From Armatimonadetes bacterium DC (GTDB lineage Bacteria; Armatimonadota; Fimbriimonadia; Fimbriimonadales; GBS-DC), in assembly GCA_001442985.1 (NCBI GenBank), contig LDYB01000015.1, forward strand, positions 1,266 to 65,265: DNA of 64,000 bases, read 5' to 3'. Below the pieces are notes generated by a model, which did not search any database, was not told where the DNA came from, and saw nothing but the letters and a program-made list of their open reading frames with translations. Shown in pieces: positions 36,353 through 46,598 of this stretch. Both the position numbers and the translations under genes were made by a program. Numbering within the stretch: position 1 is the first letter of the stretch; each line of letters begins with the position of its first letter.

Positions 36353-37408
36353 ATGCGTCGCACCCAGAAACTCGCGCTACCGCCTGTTCGGCTCACGCAT
36401 CTGGCTCGTCTCACCACTCCGCTCGGCATCTGGCAACACACGCGCTACGCCGAGCCGTGGGTGGAACACGGCTTCTCCATAGACGACCAGGCACGCGGGC
36501 TGATCGTCGGCGTGTGGCTCTATCAGCTGCTCCCCAAGCAGCCTGACTGGCTCATTTGCGACGACCCCACCTTCCCTGAGCAGCTGATTGAGATTTGTTT
36601 GCGCTATATCGAGCAAGCCCAGTTGCCCAGCGGGCGCTTCCACAACTTTCGCGACGCCGAGGGGCGCTGGATTGATGAGGTGGGCAGCGACGACTCGTTC
36701 GGGCGCACGGTGTGGGCGCTCCAGACCCTGCGCAAAGCGCTCCCCCATACCGAATGGGCATCCCGCGCCCAGAAACTGCTGGAACTCGCCCTGCCCCACG
36801 CGCTCACCATCCAGCCCACGCGCTCTATTGCCTTCTTGCTGATGGAGGAAGAAGACCCGCACCGCCTGCACGCGCTGGGACGCATCCTTGCCGAACGCTA
36901 TCAGCACACTCGCGAACCCGACTGGCGCTGGTTCGAGCCGTTTTTGACCTACGACAACCCCCGCATCCCGCAGGCGCTGTTGCTGGCAGGATTGCGCCTC
37001 CAAAACCCACAGTGGATTCGAATCGCCCGTGAAGCGTTCGAGTTCCTCGCCGAGACCACCTTCTCCGAGGTGGGCTACTTTAACCCCATCGGCAGCGACG
37101 GCTGGTACTTCCGCGGCAGGATTCGGGCGATGTTTGACCAGCAGCCCATTTGTGCGGGCGCCACCGTGGAGGCGTTTTTAGATGCGTGGCAGGGCTTTGA
37201 GCGCTACAAGCCGTTCCTGCGCTACGCCCAGCGCGCCCTGATGTGGTATCACGGCGATAATATCCACCAAATTGCGCTCTATGACCCCGAAACAGGCGTG
37301 GTCTACGACGGCTTGACCCCTGTGGGGGTGAACCTCAATCGCGGCGCGGAATCGGTCATCAGCTATCTGATGGCGCGCATCCGCTGGGAGGTCTACACCC
37401 GCTTCTGA
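36353..37408 (+). CDS. Hypothetical (alpha/alpha)-barrel protein resembling the glycosidase-like C-terminal domain of bifunctional glycosyltransferases
   Basis: GIWQH, GFSIDDQARGL, SDDSFGRT, LTYDN.RIPQAL, FDQQPI, NLNRGAES motifs. Confidence 0.75.
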   Translation: MRRTQKLALPPVRLTHLARLTTPLGIWQHTRYAEPWVEHGFSIDDQARGLIVGVWLYQLLPKQPDWLICDDPTFPEQLIEICLRYIEQAQLPSGRFHNFRDAEGRWIDEVGSDDSFGRTVWALQTLRKALPHTEWASRAQKLLELALPHALTIQPTRSIAFLLMEEEDPHRLHALGRILAERYQHTREPDWRWFEPFLTYDNPRIPQALLLAGLRLQNPQWIRIAREAFEFLAETTFSEVGYFNPIGSDGWYFRGRIRAMFDQQPICAGATVEAFLDAWQGFERYKPFLRYAQRALMWYHGDNIHQIALYDPETGVVYDGLTPVGVNLNRGAESVISYLMARIRWEVYTRF

Positions 37409-37524
37409 AGCTCACGGAGCTTTTTCTGCAGGTTCGCTATCCGCGCCTTCTGCCACAGGAGATACCCTGAGATTCCAACCCACACGATACCGATCACCAC
37501 TGCCAGAACGCTCTGCCAGTTCAC
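37393..37524 (-). CDS. ccmD: CcmD-like small membrane protein
   Basis: GTG 37524 with GGAG upstream; MNWQSVLAVVIGIVWVGISGYLLWQKARIANLQKKLREL: one TM plus basic amphipathic tail, directly after ccmC. Confidence 0.65.
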   Translation of the reverse strand: MNWQSVLAVVIGIVWVGISGYLLWQKARIANLQKKLRELQKRV

Positions 37525-38176
37525 GAATTTGCTCCTCCAGCGCAAACACCTGCAGTCGCAGGCGGTACATCCCAAACGCCATCAGCGCATACACCAGCAC
37601 ACCGAAGTAAAACGCCGTGCGATAATGAAAGTCCAGCGCCCCCTTCTGCGCCACCACATTGCTGGGGTGGAGCGACATCTCGGCAATCGCAGGGATGCGC
37701 GGGATGATGAAAATCAACAGGGGCACGGTCAGCGCCGCGAACACGGTGTAGCCCGCGCTCCGCAGCGCGCGCTGCGACTCATCTTCAATCGAAGCCCGCA
37801 AGGCAAAATAGGCGGCGTAAATCAGCAGCTGAATCACAATCGTGGTCTGACGGGGGTCCCAGTGCCACGCCTTGCCCCACTGCTGCTGGGCGAACACCAT
37901 GCCCGTCACGGTGGTGAGAACGCCGAACAGCAAACCGACCTCGTTGCAGGCACAGGAGCGGGCATCGTCCATCGGGTCGCGCCGTCGCAGGTAGCGCCAC
38001 CCGAAGAAGCCCCCCAGCAGAAAGCAGCCGACCGAAATAAACGCCGCAGGCACATGGAACACGATGATGCGGGCGGTTTCGGGTTCTTTGAACGCCTGCG
38101 CGGGAGGAACCCACAGGTACGCCAGCCCCACCAGAGCCAGCATGCCCAGCCAGGCAAGCCATAGCGCAACGCGCAT
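37412..38176 (-). CDS. ccmC: Cytochrome c biogenesis heme chaperone CcmC
   Basis: IVFHVPAA, WGKAWHWDPRQT (WWD domain), LHPS; ATG 38176. Confidence 0.9.
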   Translation of the reverse strand: MRVALWLAWLGMLALVGLAYLWVPPAQAFKEPETARIIVFHVPAAFISVGCFLLGGFFGWRYLRRRDPMDDARSCACNEVGLLFGVLTTVTGMVFAQQQWGKAWHWDPRQTTIVIQLLIYAAYFALRASIEDESQRALRSAGYTVFAALTVPLLIFIIPRIPAIAEMSLHPSNVVAQKGALDFHYRTAFYFGVLVYALMAFGMYRLRLQVFALEEQIRELAERSGSGDRYRVGWNLRVSPVAEGADSEPAEKAP

Positions 38177-38193
38177 AACAGCCGAATTGTACC

Positions 38194-39129
38194 CTATCGC
38201 AGCCACTCCAGAATGCGGGGGAAGGGGTTCTCCGCGCCGGTGAGGATTTTTTCCAGCGTCTGGGCGTCAAACAGCTGGCGGGTGAGCGTTTTCGCCTGGC
38301 GCTCCAGTGCATCGTGAATGAGCGATTGGAGTTCCCATTCCAGCTGCTCGCGCCGCCGCTGATGCCAGCCTCCTGACTCCTGCTGATAGCGGCGATGTTC
38401 CAACATGTGGGCAACCACTTCGTCGATTCCCTTCCCGTTGACCGCTTCGGTGAGCAGGATGGGCGGGTTCCAGCCTTTGGGGCGCCCACCCAGCTCCAGC
38501 GCGTTGCGCAGTTCCATCCGCATACGCCCTGCGCCCTCGCGGTCGGCTTTGTTAATCACATACACATCGGCAATCTCAATAATGCCCGCCTTCATCGCCT
38601 GAACCACATCGCCCGCTTCGGGCACCAGCACCAGCAGCACCGTGTCGGCGACATAGCGCACATCCACCTGCAGTTGCCCCGCGCCAACGGTTTCAATCAG
38701 AATCAGGTCATAGCCCGCCGCTTCCAGCACGCGCACCGCTGGCGGCACGCCCCGCGATAAGCCCCCCAGACTACCCCGACTGGCAAGAGAGCGAATATAG
38801 ACCTCCCTGAACTCTTCGTCGAAGCGGATGCGATCACCCAGAATTGCGCCCCCGCTGAACGGGCTGGTCGGGTCTACCGCCAGCACCGCCACACGGAACC
38901 CCTGCTGGGTCAGGCGCGGAATCAATTGATAGGTGAGCGTGCTTTTGCCTGCGCCGGGAGCGCCTGTGATGCCCACTTTGTAGGCATGCCCGGTGTGAGG
39001 AAACAGCTGCGTTAGCAGCTCCAGGCGCATAGGACTGGAATCTTCCACCAGCGAAATCGCGCGGGCAATCGCGCGGGTCTCCCGACGACGCACGCCCTCC
39101 ACAAGCGAGTCCAACGAAACACGCGGCAT
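38194..39129 (-). CDS. meaB: MeaB/ArgK-family GTPase (methylmalonyl-CoA mutase chaperone)
   Basis: GITGAPGAGKST, AVDPTSPFSGGAILGDRIR, YIRSLASRG, IETVGAGQ, QAMKAGIIEIAD, INKAD. Confidence 0.92.
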   Translation of the reverse strand: MPRVSLDSLVEGVRRRETRAIARAISLVEDSSPMRLELLTQLFPHTGHAYKVGITGAPGAGKSTLTYQLIPRLTQQGFRVAVLAVDPTSPFSGGAILGDRIRFDEEFREVYIRSLASRGSLGGLSRGVPPAVRVLEAAGYDLILIETVGAGQLQVDVRYVADTVLLVLVPEAGDVVQAMKAGIIEIADVYVINKADREGAGRMRMELRNALELGGRPKGWNPPILLTEAVNGKGIDEVVAHMLEHRRYQQESGGWHQRRREQLEWELQSLIHDALERQAKTLTRQLFDAQTLEKILTGAENPFPRILEWLR

Positions 39130-39217
39130 CAACACAGGATTATACCTTGCCCCAAAACTCGCACCGTTCCCAGCCCCGAAAGCGAAAAACTGGTGTATAA
39201 TAAAGCGGAGGTCCTCC

Positions 39218-40849
39218 ATGCGAAAGGGATGGTTTGTAATTGTTCTGGCAGGTCTGCTTGTGAGTTTGTTTGGGCAGGAACCCTCGCGAACACTCACGCC
39301 CAACTACGCGCCGGGGCAACTGATAGTGCAGTTTCGTCCTGAACTCACACCGGGCGAACGCGCGATGCTCCGTACGCTGGTGAATGCGCAACTCTTTGGC
39401 TATAACGACTGGCTCGATTTTGAATACTGGCAGGTCAGCCCCTATGCCGATGTGCCCGCGCTCTGCGAGCAGCTCAAGCGCACAGGTTGGGTATTACAGG
39501 CAGACCCCAACTACCAGCTGGAGCTGGCGTGGGAGCCGAACGACCCACGCTGGAGCCAGCAGGACGCCCTGCGTGTGATCCGCTGCCCGCTGGGATGGGA
39601 CTACTGGCGCGGCGGCCCCAACTTCATCGCAGGCATTCTGGATACGGGCGTACTACACACCCACCCGGACCTGCAAGCGCGCCTGCTGAGCGGCTGGGAC
39701 TTCGGTAATGACGACGACGACCCCAGCGACCCCTTTGGGCACGGCACTTTTGTTACGGGAATCGCCGGTGCTGTTACCAATAACGGCGTGGGGATTGCAG
39801 CCGTGTCGCCCGAGGGCAAAATTCTGCCCGTTAAAGTATTCACCGACGCGGGGCAGGGGTTCCTGACCGATATTCTGGATGCAATCGCCTACGCTGTAGA
39901 CCAGGGCGTGCATGTGATCAATTTGAGCTTAGGGAGTAATAATCCCCTTCCCGAGATGAACACCGCACTCCAGGCGGCGTGGAACGCAGGGGTTGTGGTG
40001 GTCGCCGCAGCGGGGAACAACAATAACACGAGCCCTTTCTACCCTGCGTACTACCCAGTGTGTATTGCGGTGGCAGCGTCAAATCTGGACGATACGAAAA
40101 GCAGCGTTTCCACCTACGGCTCGTGGGTGGATGTAACAGCACCCAGTGGGGATGTAACCAGCACCAACAGAAGCGGGGGGTACTCGCGCAACACGAATGG
40201 CTACACCTCGTACGCCGCGCCGTTCGTCACCGCGCAGGCGTTGCTGCTGTACCCTCTGGTTGCCGATTCGCCCACGGATCGCTCCGTTGCACGGGCGCAG
40301 GCAGTGCGCGAGCTGATTGAAAGCACCGCTGTGCCTGTGCCGGGCAACTATGTAGCGTATGGGCGCATCGATGTGGGCGCCTCGGTTCTGAAAGCGCTGA
40401 CCGTGCCCGTGCGGGGGCGCATCACGATTGCAGGCTATGTCGGCTCGTATGCTGGCAAAAGCGTGGAGGTGTTTGTCCGCCCGCTGAACGGCAGCACAAC
40501 GCTGGCTTCTGCAACGGGCAACGCCGACAGCACGGGCAACTTCGATATCGGCGTCTTTCTGGAGCCGAACCAGCTGGGCTATCGCGATCTGGCAATTCGG
40601 GCGCAAGGCACGCTCACAAAGCGCGTGCCGAATGTGCGCATGCGCTACCCCGGCGTGAGCGGAGTGAATCTCACCCTGATTCCGGGCGACATCAACGGCG
40701 ATAATGCAATCGACGATGCCGACTTGCTTGCCGTGCTGTTCGCCTTCGGGCAAACGAGTACGCGCCCCGAAGACATAAACGGCGACGGTGCGGTGGACGA
40801 CGCCGACCTGCTAACTGTGCTGTTTAACTTCGGGCAGACAGGCGAATGA
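39218..40849 (+). CDS. Secreted subtilisin/thermitase-like S8 protease with C-terminal dockerin-like tail
   Basis: ILDTG (D), GHGT (H), AAAGN, YTSYAAP (S); WEPNDP junction; tail GDINGDNAIDDADLLAVLFAFG..DINGDGAVDDADLLTVLFNFG. Confidence 0.92.
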   Translation: MRKGWFVIVLAGLLVSLFGQEPSRTLTPNYAPGQLIVQFRPELTPGERAMLRTLVNAQLFGYNDWLDFEYWQVSPYADVPALCEQLKRTGWVLQADPNYQLELAWEPNDPRWSQQDALRVIRCPLGWDYWRGGPNFIAGILDTGVLHTHPDLQARLLSGWDFGNDDDDPSDPFGHGTFVTGIAGAVTNNGVGIAAVSPEGKILPVKVFTDAGQGFLTDILDAIAYAVDQGVHVINLSLGSNNPLPEMNTALQAAWNAGVVVVAAAGNNNNTSPFYPAYYPVCIAVAASNLDDTKSSVSTYGSWVDVTAPSGDVTSTNRSGGYSRNTNGYTSYAAPFVTAQALLLYPLVADSPTDRSVARAQAVRELIESTAVPVPGNYVAYGRIDVGASVLKALTVPVRGRITIAGYVGSYAGKSVEVFVRPLNGSTTLASATGNADSTGNFDIGVFLEPNQLGYRDLAIRAQGTLTKRVPNVRMRYPGVSGVNLTLIPGDINGDNAIDDADLLAVLFAFGQTSTRPEDINGDGAVDDADLLTVLFNFGQTGE

Positions 40850-41208
40850 GGCGCCATCAACTGGGACGCTGGGGCGAGGAACGCGCGCGGGAATATCTTC
40901 AGGCGCAGGGCTACCGCATTCTGGAGCGCAACTGGCGCAAACGCGAGGGCGAGATTGATCTGATTGCCCAGAAAGAGGGGCTGCTGGTGTTTGTGGAGGT
41001 TAAAACGCGCCGCTCACGCCAGTTCGGCGAAGCGGAAGAAAGCATCGACGCCCGCAAGCAAGCGCAGCTCGCTGCCCTCGCCCAGCGCTATCTCGACGAA
41101 CACCCGGCGCTCCCCTTCACCGCCTGCCGATTCGATGTGGTGGTGATAGACCTCACCCACTCGCCCCCTCAGGTGCGACACTACGAAAACGCTTTCTACC
41201 CGCCTTAG
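40846..41208 (+). CDS. yraN: YraN/UPF0102 family protein
   Basis: GRWGEERA..YL..QGYRILERNWR..EGEIDLIA, VFVEVKTR, RFDVV. Confidence 0.92.
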   Translation: MRRHQLGRWGEERAREYLQAQGYRILERNWRKREGEIDLIAQKEGLLVFVEVKTRRSRQFGEAEESIDARKQAQLAALAQRYLDEHPALPFTACRFDVVVIDLTHSPPQVRHYENAFYPP

Positions 41209-41600
41209 CCTTCCTCGTCCAGCCGCTCGTAGCGAATCAACAGCGTGTTGGGGTCTACAGGCAGGTTATACTCTTCAATCAGTTGCAGAATGCGGGCGTT
41301 CGTTTGCTCGATAATCTCTTCCACTTCGCGGTTGATTTGCTCGATGCGTTCCAGCAGGCGCAGGATGATATCCACGCCTGCCAGGTTAACGCCCAGCTCC
41401 TGCGTGAAGTGCTGAATGCGGCGCAGGCGTTCAATATCTGCCTCCGAGTAGAGGCGCTTGCTTCTGCCGACGCGGTGGGGTTTAATCAGCCCCAGCCGCT
41501 CGTAGAGGCGCAGGGTTTGCGGGTGGAGTCCTGACATGCGCGCGGCGACGCTAATCAGATAGACAGGTTCCGTGGAAGGGGTAGTTTTACGGTTTTTCAC
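41205..41600 (-). CDS. hspR: MerR-family heat-shock repressor HspR
   Basis: [52 protein letters not shown]-like motif; last gene of the dnaK-dnaJ unit. Confidence 0.88.
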   Translation of the reverse strand: MKNRKTTPSTEPVYLISVAARMSGLHPQTLRLYERLGLIKPHRVGRSKRLYSEADIERLRRIQHFTQELGVNLAGVDIILRLLERIEQINREVEEIIEQTNARILQLIEEYNLPVDPNTLLIRYERLDEEG

Positions 41601-42682
41601 GCTTTCACCTCCTGTTGACGCAGCTGGCGCAGTTGCTCCAGCAGTTCGCGTTCGCGCGGGGTGAGCGAGCGCGGCACCACGATTCGGGCGCGGGCATACA
41701 AATCGCCCCGTTTGCCCTGCCCCAGCGGAATCCCCTTGCCAGCGAGGCGGAAGCGCGTGCCGCTCTGCGTGCCAGGGGGCACTTTCATCGTAACCGTGCC
41801 GTGGGGCGTGGGCACACTGACCTCGCCGCCCAGAATCGCGGTCAGGTAATCCACATCCACATCCACATAGAGATCGTTGCCTTTGCGTTCGAAACGGGCG
41901 TCGGGCTTGATTTTGATGCGCAAATAAAGATCGCCGCGCTGTCCGTTGCTCCCTGGCAGCCCCTCGCCCGCGAGTCGCAGGCGCTGCCCTTCGGCGACGC
42001 CCGGCGGGATTTTCACGGTGATCGTGCGCGTGCGCCGCACGACTCCACTCCCACCGCAGGTGGGGCAGAGCGCACTCACACGCCCTGTGCCCTCACACTC
42101 ATCGCAGGGCATCTCCACGCCCAGCAGGCTGAACCGCTTGCGCCCGCGCCCGCCACAAGCAGGGCAGGTCTGCTGGTGGTCGCGCAGCTCGCCCAAGCCG
42201 CCGCACCGCGGGCAGACCTCTTCCAGATTGAGCTGCAGGGTGCGTGTGGCGCCATGAATCGCGTCCTGCAGGTCAATTTCTATGGTCTGTTCAATATCGC
42301 GGGGCGGGGCGTGGAAGCCAGTGGCGCGGAAGCCCCCGCCCCCGCGGAGCAGCTGCTCAATAAAATCGGCGAAGCTTTCGAACCCGAAGGGCATGCCGCC
42401 GAAACCACCTTCTGGCTGGAAGCCCTCGCCGTACTGCTCGCGCATGCGCTGATAGGCTTGCCATTGCTCACCATAGCGGTCGTAGGCGGCGCGCTTTTCG
42501 GGGTCCGAAAGCACCTGGTACGCCTCGTTGATTTCTTTGAACTTCTCTTCGGCTTCCTTATCCCCCGGGTTCACATCGGGGTGATACTGGCGTGCGAGCT
42601 TGCGATACGCCGCCTTAATCTCTTTTTCGGTGGCGTTGCGCGGAACCCCCAGGATGGCGTAGTAGTCCTTGTAGTCTCGCAC
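41597..42682 (-). CDS. dnaJ: DnaJ chaperone
   Basis: J-domain with HPD, four CxxCxGxG repeats, C-terminal substrate-binding domain. Confidence 0.95.
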   Translation of the reverse strand: MRDYKDYYAILGVPRNATEKEIKAAYRKLARQYHPDVNPGDKEAEEKFKEINEAYQVLSDPEKRAAYDRYGEQWQAYQRMREQYGEGFQPEGGFGGMPFGFESFADFIEQLLRGGGGFRATGFHAPPRDIEQTIEIDLQDAIHGATRTLQLNLEEVCPRCGGLGELRDHQQTCPACGGRGRKRFSLLGVEMPCDECEGTGRVSALCPTCGGSGVVRRTRTITVKIPPGVAEGQRLRLAGEGLPGSNGQRGDLYLRIKIKPDARFERKGNDLYVDVDVDYLTAILGGEVSVPTPHGTVTMKVPPGTQSGTRFRLAGKGIPLGQGKRGDLYARARIVVPRSLTPRERELLEQLRQLRQQEVKA

Positions 42683-42699
42683 GCCGTCTCACCTCCTCC

Positions 42700-44592
42700 T
42701 TAGCGCTCCTCGCGGTACTCCGCGTCGATCACATCGTCTCCGCCGGGCGGGGGTGTGTTCGTGCTGGTGGTGCTGCCCGCTTCGGAGGAGACGCGCTGAT
42801 AGAGCTGCTCGGTGATGCGATAGGAGAGGCTCTCCAGTTCGCTCATGAGGCTGGCGACACGCTCGTGGTCCTGCGTCTGAATCGCCGAGCGCAGGTCGCG
42901 AATGAGAGTCTCGGCGCGTTCGCGGTCGCCTGCAGAGACCTTATCCTGATGCTCTTTGAGGAGCCGCTCCACATCGTAGGTGAGTTTGTCGGCGCGGTTG
43001 AGCATCTCAGCGCGTTCGCGGGCACGGCGGTCTTCCTCGGCGTGCGCCTCCGCCTCACGAATCATGCGCTCCACCTCTTCGCGCGTGAGGTTGGTGGAAC
43101 CCGTGATGCGGATGCTCTGCTGGCGCCCCGTGCCGAGGTCTTTCGCCGACACCTGCAGGATGCCGTTCGCGTCAATATCAAAAGTTACCTCAATTTGCGG
43201 GATTCCAGCAGGCGCGGGCGGGATGCCATCCAGATGGAACACGCCGAGCAGCTTGTTGTCGCGCGCCATCGGGCGCTCGCCCTGATAGACCCGCACCTCC
43301 ACGCTGGTCTGACCGTCCGCCGCGGTGGTGAAAATCTCCGACTTGCGCGTCGGGATCGTGGTGTTGCGCGGGATCAGCACGGTGAAGATGCCACCTTTGG
43401 TCTCGATCCCCAGCGAGAGCGGAGTCACATCGAGCAGCACGATATCTTTGACCTCGCCCGACAGCACGCCCGCCTGAATCGCCGCGCCAATCGCCACTAC
43501 CTCGTCGGGGTTGACCCCCTTGTGCGGCTCTTTGCCTGTAATCTGGCGCACCATTTCCTGCACCTTCGGGATGCGTGTGGAGCCGCCCACCAGCACCACC
43601 TCGTCGATGTCGGTGGGTTTCAGCCCTGCATCCTCCAGCGCACGGAACATCGGTCCCTTGAGGCGCTCGAACAGGTCGGCACAGAGTTCTTCAAACTTGG
43701 CGCGGGTGAGCGTCATGTCAAGGTGTTTGGGACCGCTGGCGTCGGCAGTGATGAACGGCAGGTTGATGGTGGTGGTCGTTACGCTGGAAAGCTCAATCTT
43801 GGCGCGCTCGGCGGCTTCTTTGAGGCGCTGCAACGCCTGACGGTCCTGGCGCAGGTCAATCCCATGCTCGCGCTTGAACTCGTCGGCGAGATAGTCGACA
43901 ATACGCTGGTCGAAATCATCGCCGCCGAGGTGGGTGTCGCCTGCCGTCGCTTTGACTTCGAACACACCGTCGCCCACTTCCAGAATCGACACATCGAAGG
44001 TGCCGCCGCCCAGGTCAAACACCAGAATCGTCTCGTTGGACTTTTTGTCCAGCCCATAGGCGAGCGCAGCAGCCGTCGGCTCGTTGATGATGCGCAACAC
44101 TTTCAGCCCCGCAATCTCGCCTGCGTTCTTGGTGGCGGTACGCTGGGCGTCGTTGAAGTAGGCAGGCACGGTAATCACTGCCGCCGTAACGGGTTCGCCC
44201 AGATAGGCTTCGGCGTCCGCCTTGAGCTTTTGCAGAATCATCGCCGAAATTTCTTCGGGACGGTAGGTCTTATCCACCGCGGGGATATACACGGCGGCGT
44301 CCCCTTTGCTGTCGGCGACCACTTTGTAGGGCACGCGCTTGCGCTCTTCCTCTACCTCATCATAGCGTCGCCCCATAAAACGCTTGATAGAGAAGATGGT
44401 GTTTTCGGGGTTTACAATTGCCTGACGCTTGGCGGGTGCGCCCACCAGACGCTCGCCCGTTTTGGTGAACCCCACCACCGAAGGGCACAGGCGTCCGCCC
44501 TCCGCGGTCGGAATCACCACAGGCTCGCCGCCTTCCAGCACGGCAATTACCGAGTTGGTCGTTCCCAGATCAATACCCACAACTTTACCCAT
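42700..44592 (-). CDS. dnaK: Hsp70 chaperone DnaK
   Basis: [52 protein letters not shown]. Confidence 0.98.
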   Translation of the reverse strand: MGKVVGIDLGTTNSVIAVLEGGEPVVIPTAEGGRLCPSVVGFTKTGERLVGAPAKRQAIVNPENTIFSIKRFMGRRYDEVEEERKRVPYKVVADSKGDAAVYIPAVDKTYRPEEISAMILQKLKADAEAYLGEPVTAAVITVPAYFNDAQRTATKNAGEIAGLKVLRIINEPTAAALAYGLDKKSNETILVFDLGGGTFDVSILEVGDGVFEVKATAGDTHLGGDDFDQRIVDYLADEFKREHGIDLRQDRQALQRLKEAAERAKIELSSVTTTTINLPFITADASGPKHLDMTLTRAKFEELCADLFERLKGPMFRALEDAGLKPTDIDEVVLVGGSTRIPKVQEMVRQITGKEPHKGVNPDEVVAIGAAIQAGVLSGEVKDIVLLDVTPLSLGIETKGGIFTVLIPRNTTIPTRKSEIFTTAADGQTSVEVRVYQGERPMARDNKLLGVFHLDGIPPAPAGIPQIEVTFDIDANGILQVSAKDLGTGRQQSIRITGSTNLTREEVERMIREAEAHAEEDRRARERAEMLNRADKLTYDVERLLKEHQDKVSAGDRERAETLIRDLRSAIQTQDHERVASLMSELESLSYRITEQLYQRVSSEAGSTTSTNTPPPGGDDVIDAEYREER

Positions 44593-44704
44593 AGGTTGTT
44601 CCCTCCGTCGTCTTATTTTCGGTTACACAGGATGCTTCTGTGCAGAGTATACCCGATTTGCGGGCAAAAAGTTCCCGTTTGCTGAGCCTCAGGCTAATAT
44701 TTGT

Positions 44705-44725
44705 CTTGAGTGTCTCATTATCAAG
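44705..44725. promoter_or_regulatory. HAIR-like operator (HspR-associated inverted repeat)
   Basis: CTTGAGT-N7-TATCAAG versus consensus CTTGAGT-N7-ACTCAAG, about 110 nt upstream of the dnaK start. Confidence 0.7.
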
Positions 44726-44858
44726 GCTCATAAGGGTTGATACCGTCTTGCCGAACAACCCACCTTTTTGCGCCCAGATACGAGCCTCCAGCAGGTACTC
44801 ATACGGAAAATGGTGTATAATTTCTCCCAGCAATACCACCTTAGAAAGGAGGCATACG

Positions 44859-46292
44859 ATGCGACCTTTGAAGAGTCTATGGGTTTTAGGCGCAGTTGGT
44901 AGTCTTGCGCTCAGTGCGCACGCCCAGGTGCTGTATACCACGAGCTGGGAGCCACCCGATTTCACGGCAGGGAGCTCTGCCGTCGGCGCGCAGGGTTGGA
45001 CGGCTGGCTCTGGCACGGGTTCCAGCCAGACGATATCTGCAGAGCAAGCGCGCACGGGTTCTCAAAGTCTCAAGTGGGACAATTCGGGCACCCTCAGCTC
45101 GTTTTACTCGATTCGCCGCGATCTCAACTGGGGGGCAGGTAACGACCTGTTAATCGTTACGACCTATGTGTGGATCAGCGCCAGCACGCAAGCGAACCGC
45201 CTCTATGGGCTGTATCTGTCTACAGGTACCTTGTCGAGTACGGTGCTGGGTATCACCATCAGCGGCAACGGCACGGTGCGTGCGGGCACCTCGTGGAGTG
45301 CCACCTACAGCGGCGCGGGCATCGGTCAGGCGCCTGCTGGGCAATACACCGAGCGGTGGATTAAGCTGGAGCTTACTTATGACCGCAGTTCGGGTCAGGG
45401 AACCGCGAAAGCGGAGGATCCGGGCAACTGGAGCGTTTCCGCCACCTTTAGCCAGTCCACCACGCCCACGAATGTGAATCTGGGTACTGACTATGTTACC
45501 ACCGCGGACCGCGCGGGTGTCGCCTACTTCGACGATCTGGAAATTCGCGCGGAACCAGCCCCCCCGTTTGACGGCTGGGATGAGACCGATAACGGCGGCG
45601 GCGACGCGGGTGATCTGGTGGGCACAGCCCAGAAGATTACCGCCTCAGACGCCGAACCGTGCCACACGCCAGTGGCTCGCGTGCGGGGGCTGATGGGTGC
45701 CAACGACGCCGACCTGTATGTCATCTGCATTACTGATCCCGCGCAGTTCTCCGCTTCCACCGTCGGCGTAACGGGATTCGACACGCAGCTGTGGCTGTTT
45801 GACTGCGCAGGGAAAGGCGTCGTGCATAACGACGATGACCCGGATGCCACCACAGGGCTACAGTCGCGGATTGATAATCGCACGAACTGCATTACCCAAC
45901 CGGGGATCTACCTGCTGGGCATTACGCGCTATAACCGCTACCCCATCGATGACAGAGGTCAACCCATCTGGGCGCCGGGCACTAGCGCTACCTTCCGCCA
46001 GGTGCGCTGTGCGGATGGCGTGTCCGAGAGCAAGGTGCTGGCAGGTTGGTCCGGCACAACCTCAGAAGCGGGCAGGTACATCATCGAGCTGCAAGGCGCG
46101 CACTTCGTCGATGCGAACGGCACCAGCGGCGGCGACATCAACGGCGACGGCTGCGTGGACGACGCCGACCTGCTTGCCGTGCTGTTCGCCTTTGGCGAAA
46201 CCGGACCGCGCGCTGAAGACCTCAACTGCGACGGCGTGGTAGACGATGCGGACCTGCTGACCGTGCTGTTCAACTTCGGAAACGGCTGCTGA
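44859..46292 (+). CDS. Secreted protein with beta-sandwich N-domain, one DVUA0089/PPC-like domain and dockerin-like tail
   Basis: AAGGAGG before ATG 44859; signal peptide ..ALSAHA; GWDETDNGGGDAGDL, FDTQLWLFD; tail GDINGDGCVDDADLLAVLFAFG. Confidence 0.88.
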   Translation: MRPLKSLWVLGAVGSLALSAHAQVLYTTSWEPPDFTAGSSAVGAQGWTAGSGTGSSQTISAEQARTGSQSLKWDNSGTLSSFYSIRRDLNWGAGNDLLIVTTYVWISASTQANRLYGLYLSTGTLSSTVLGITISGNGTVRAGTSWSATYSGAGIGQAPAGQYTERWIKLELTYDRSSGQGTAKAEDPGNWSVSATFSQSTTPTNVNLGTDYVTTADRAGVAYFDDLEIRAEPAPPFDGWDETDNGGGDAGDLVGTAQKITASDAEPCHTPVARVRGLMGANDADLYVICITDPAQFSASTVGVTGFDTQLWLFDCAGKGVVHNDDDPDATTGLQSRIDNRTNCITQPGIYLLGITRYNRYPIDDRGQPIWAPGTSATFRQVRCADGVSESKVLAGWSGTTSEAGRYIIELQGAHFVDANGTSGGDINGDGCVDDADLLAVLFAFGETGPRAEDLNCDGVVDDADLLTVLFNFGNGC

Positions 46293-46319
46293 ACCCCTTG
46301 AAAATCTGGCTCTGCAATA

Positions 46320-46346
46320 CCCCACCCGAAAGCGTTTCGGGTGGGG
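46320..46346 (+). terminator. Hairpin after 44859..46292, abutting a TATACT -10 box
   Basis: ccccacccgaaa-gcg-tttcgggtgggg; TATACT at 46347-46352. Confidence 0.6.
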
Positions 46347-46379
46347 TATACTTTACTTCGGATAAAGTGGAGAGTGGCG

Positions 46380-46598
46380 ATGGATACCCGAGAAACCGCG
46401 CAGTGGACCGTGCCTGACATGGAATGCGAAGGCTGTGTGCGAACGCTCCAGCGCGTCTTGCTGGATCTGCCGGGCGTGTTTCAGGTAGAAGCGGATTTAC
46501 TCACCAAACGCCTGCAGGTTCAGTATAACCCCCAGCAGACAACCCCCACCGCTCTCTACGATGCGATTGTATCGGCAGGCTTCACGCCTCAAGAGTAG
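46380..46598 (+). CDS. Heavy-metal-associated (CopZ-like) metallochaperone
   Basis: DMECEGC (MxCxxC), LPGV..VEADL, AIVSAGF. Confidence 0.88.
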   Translation: MDTRETAQWTVPDMECEGCVRTLQRVLLDLPGVFQVEADLLTKRLQVQYNPQQTTPTALYDAIVSAGFTPQE

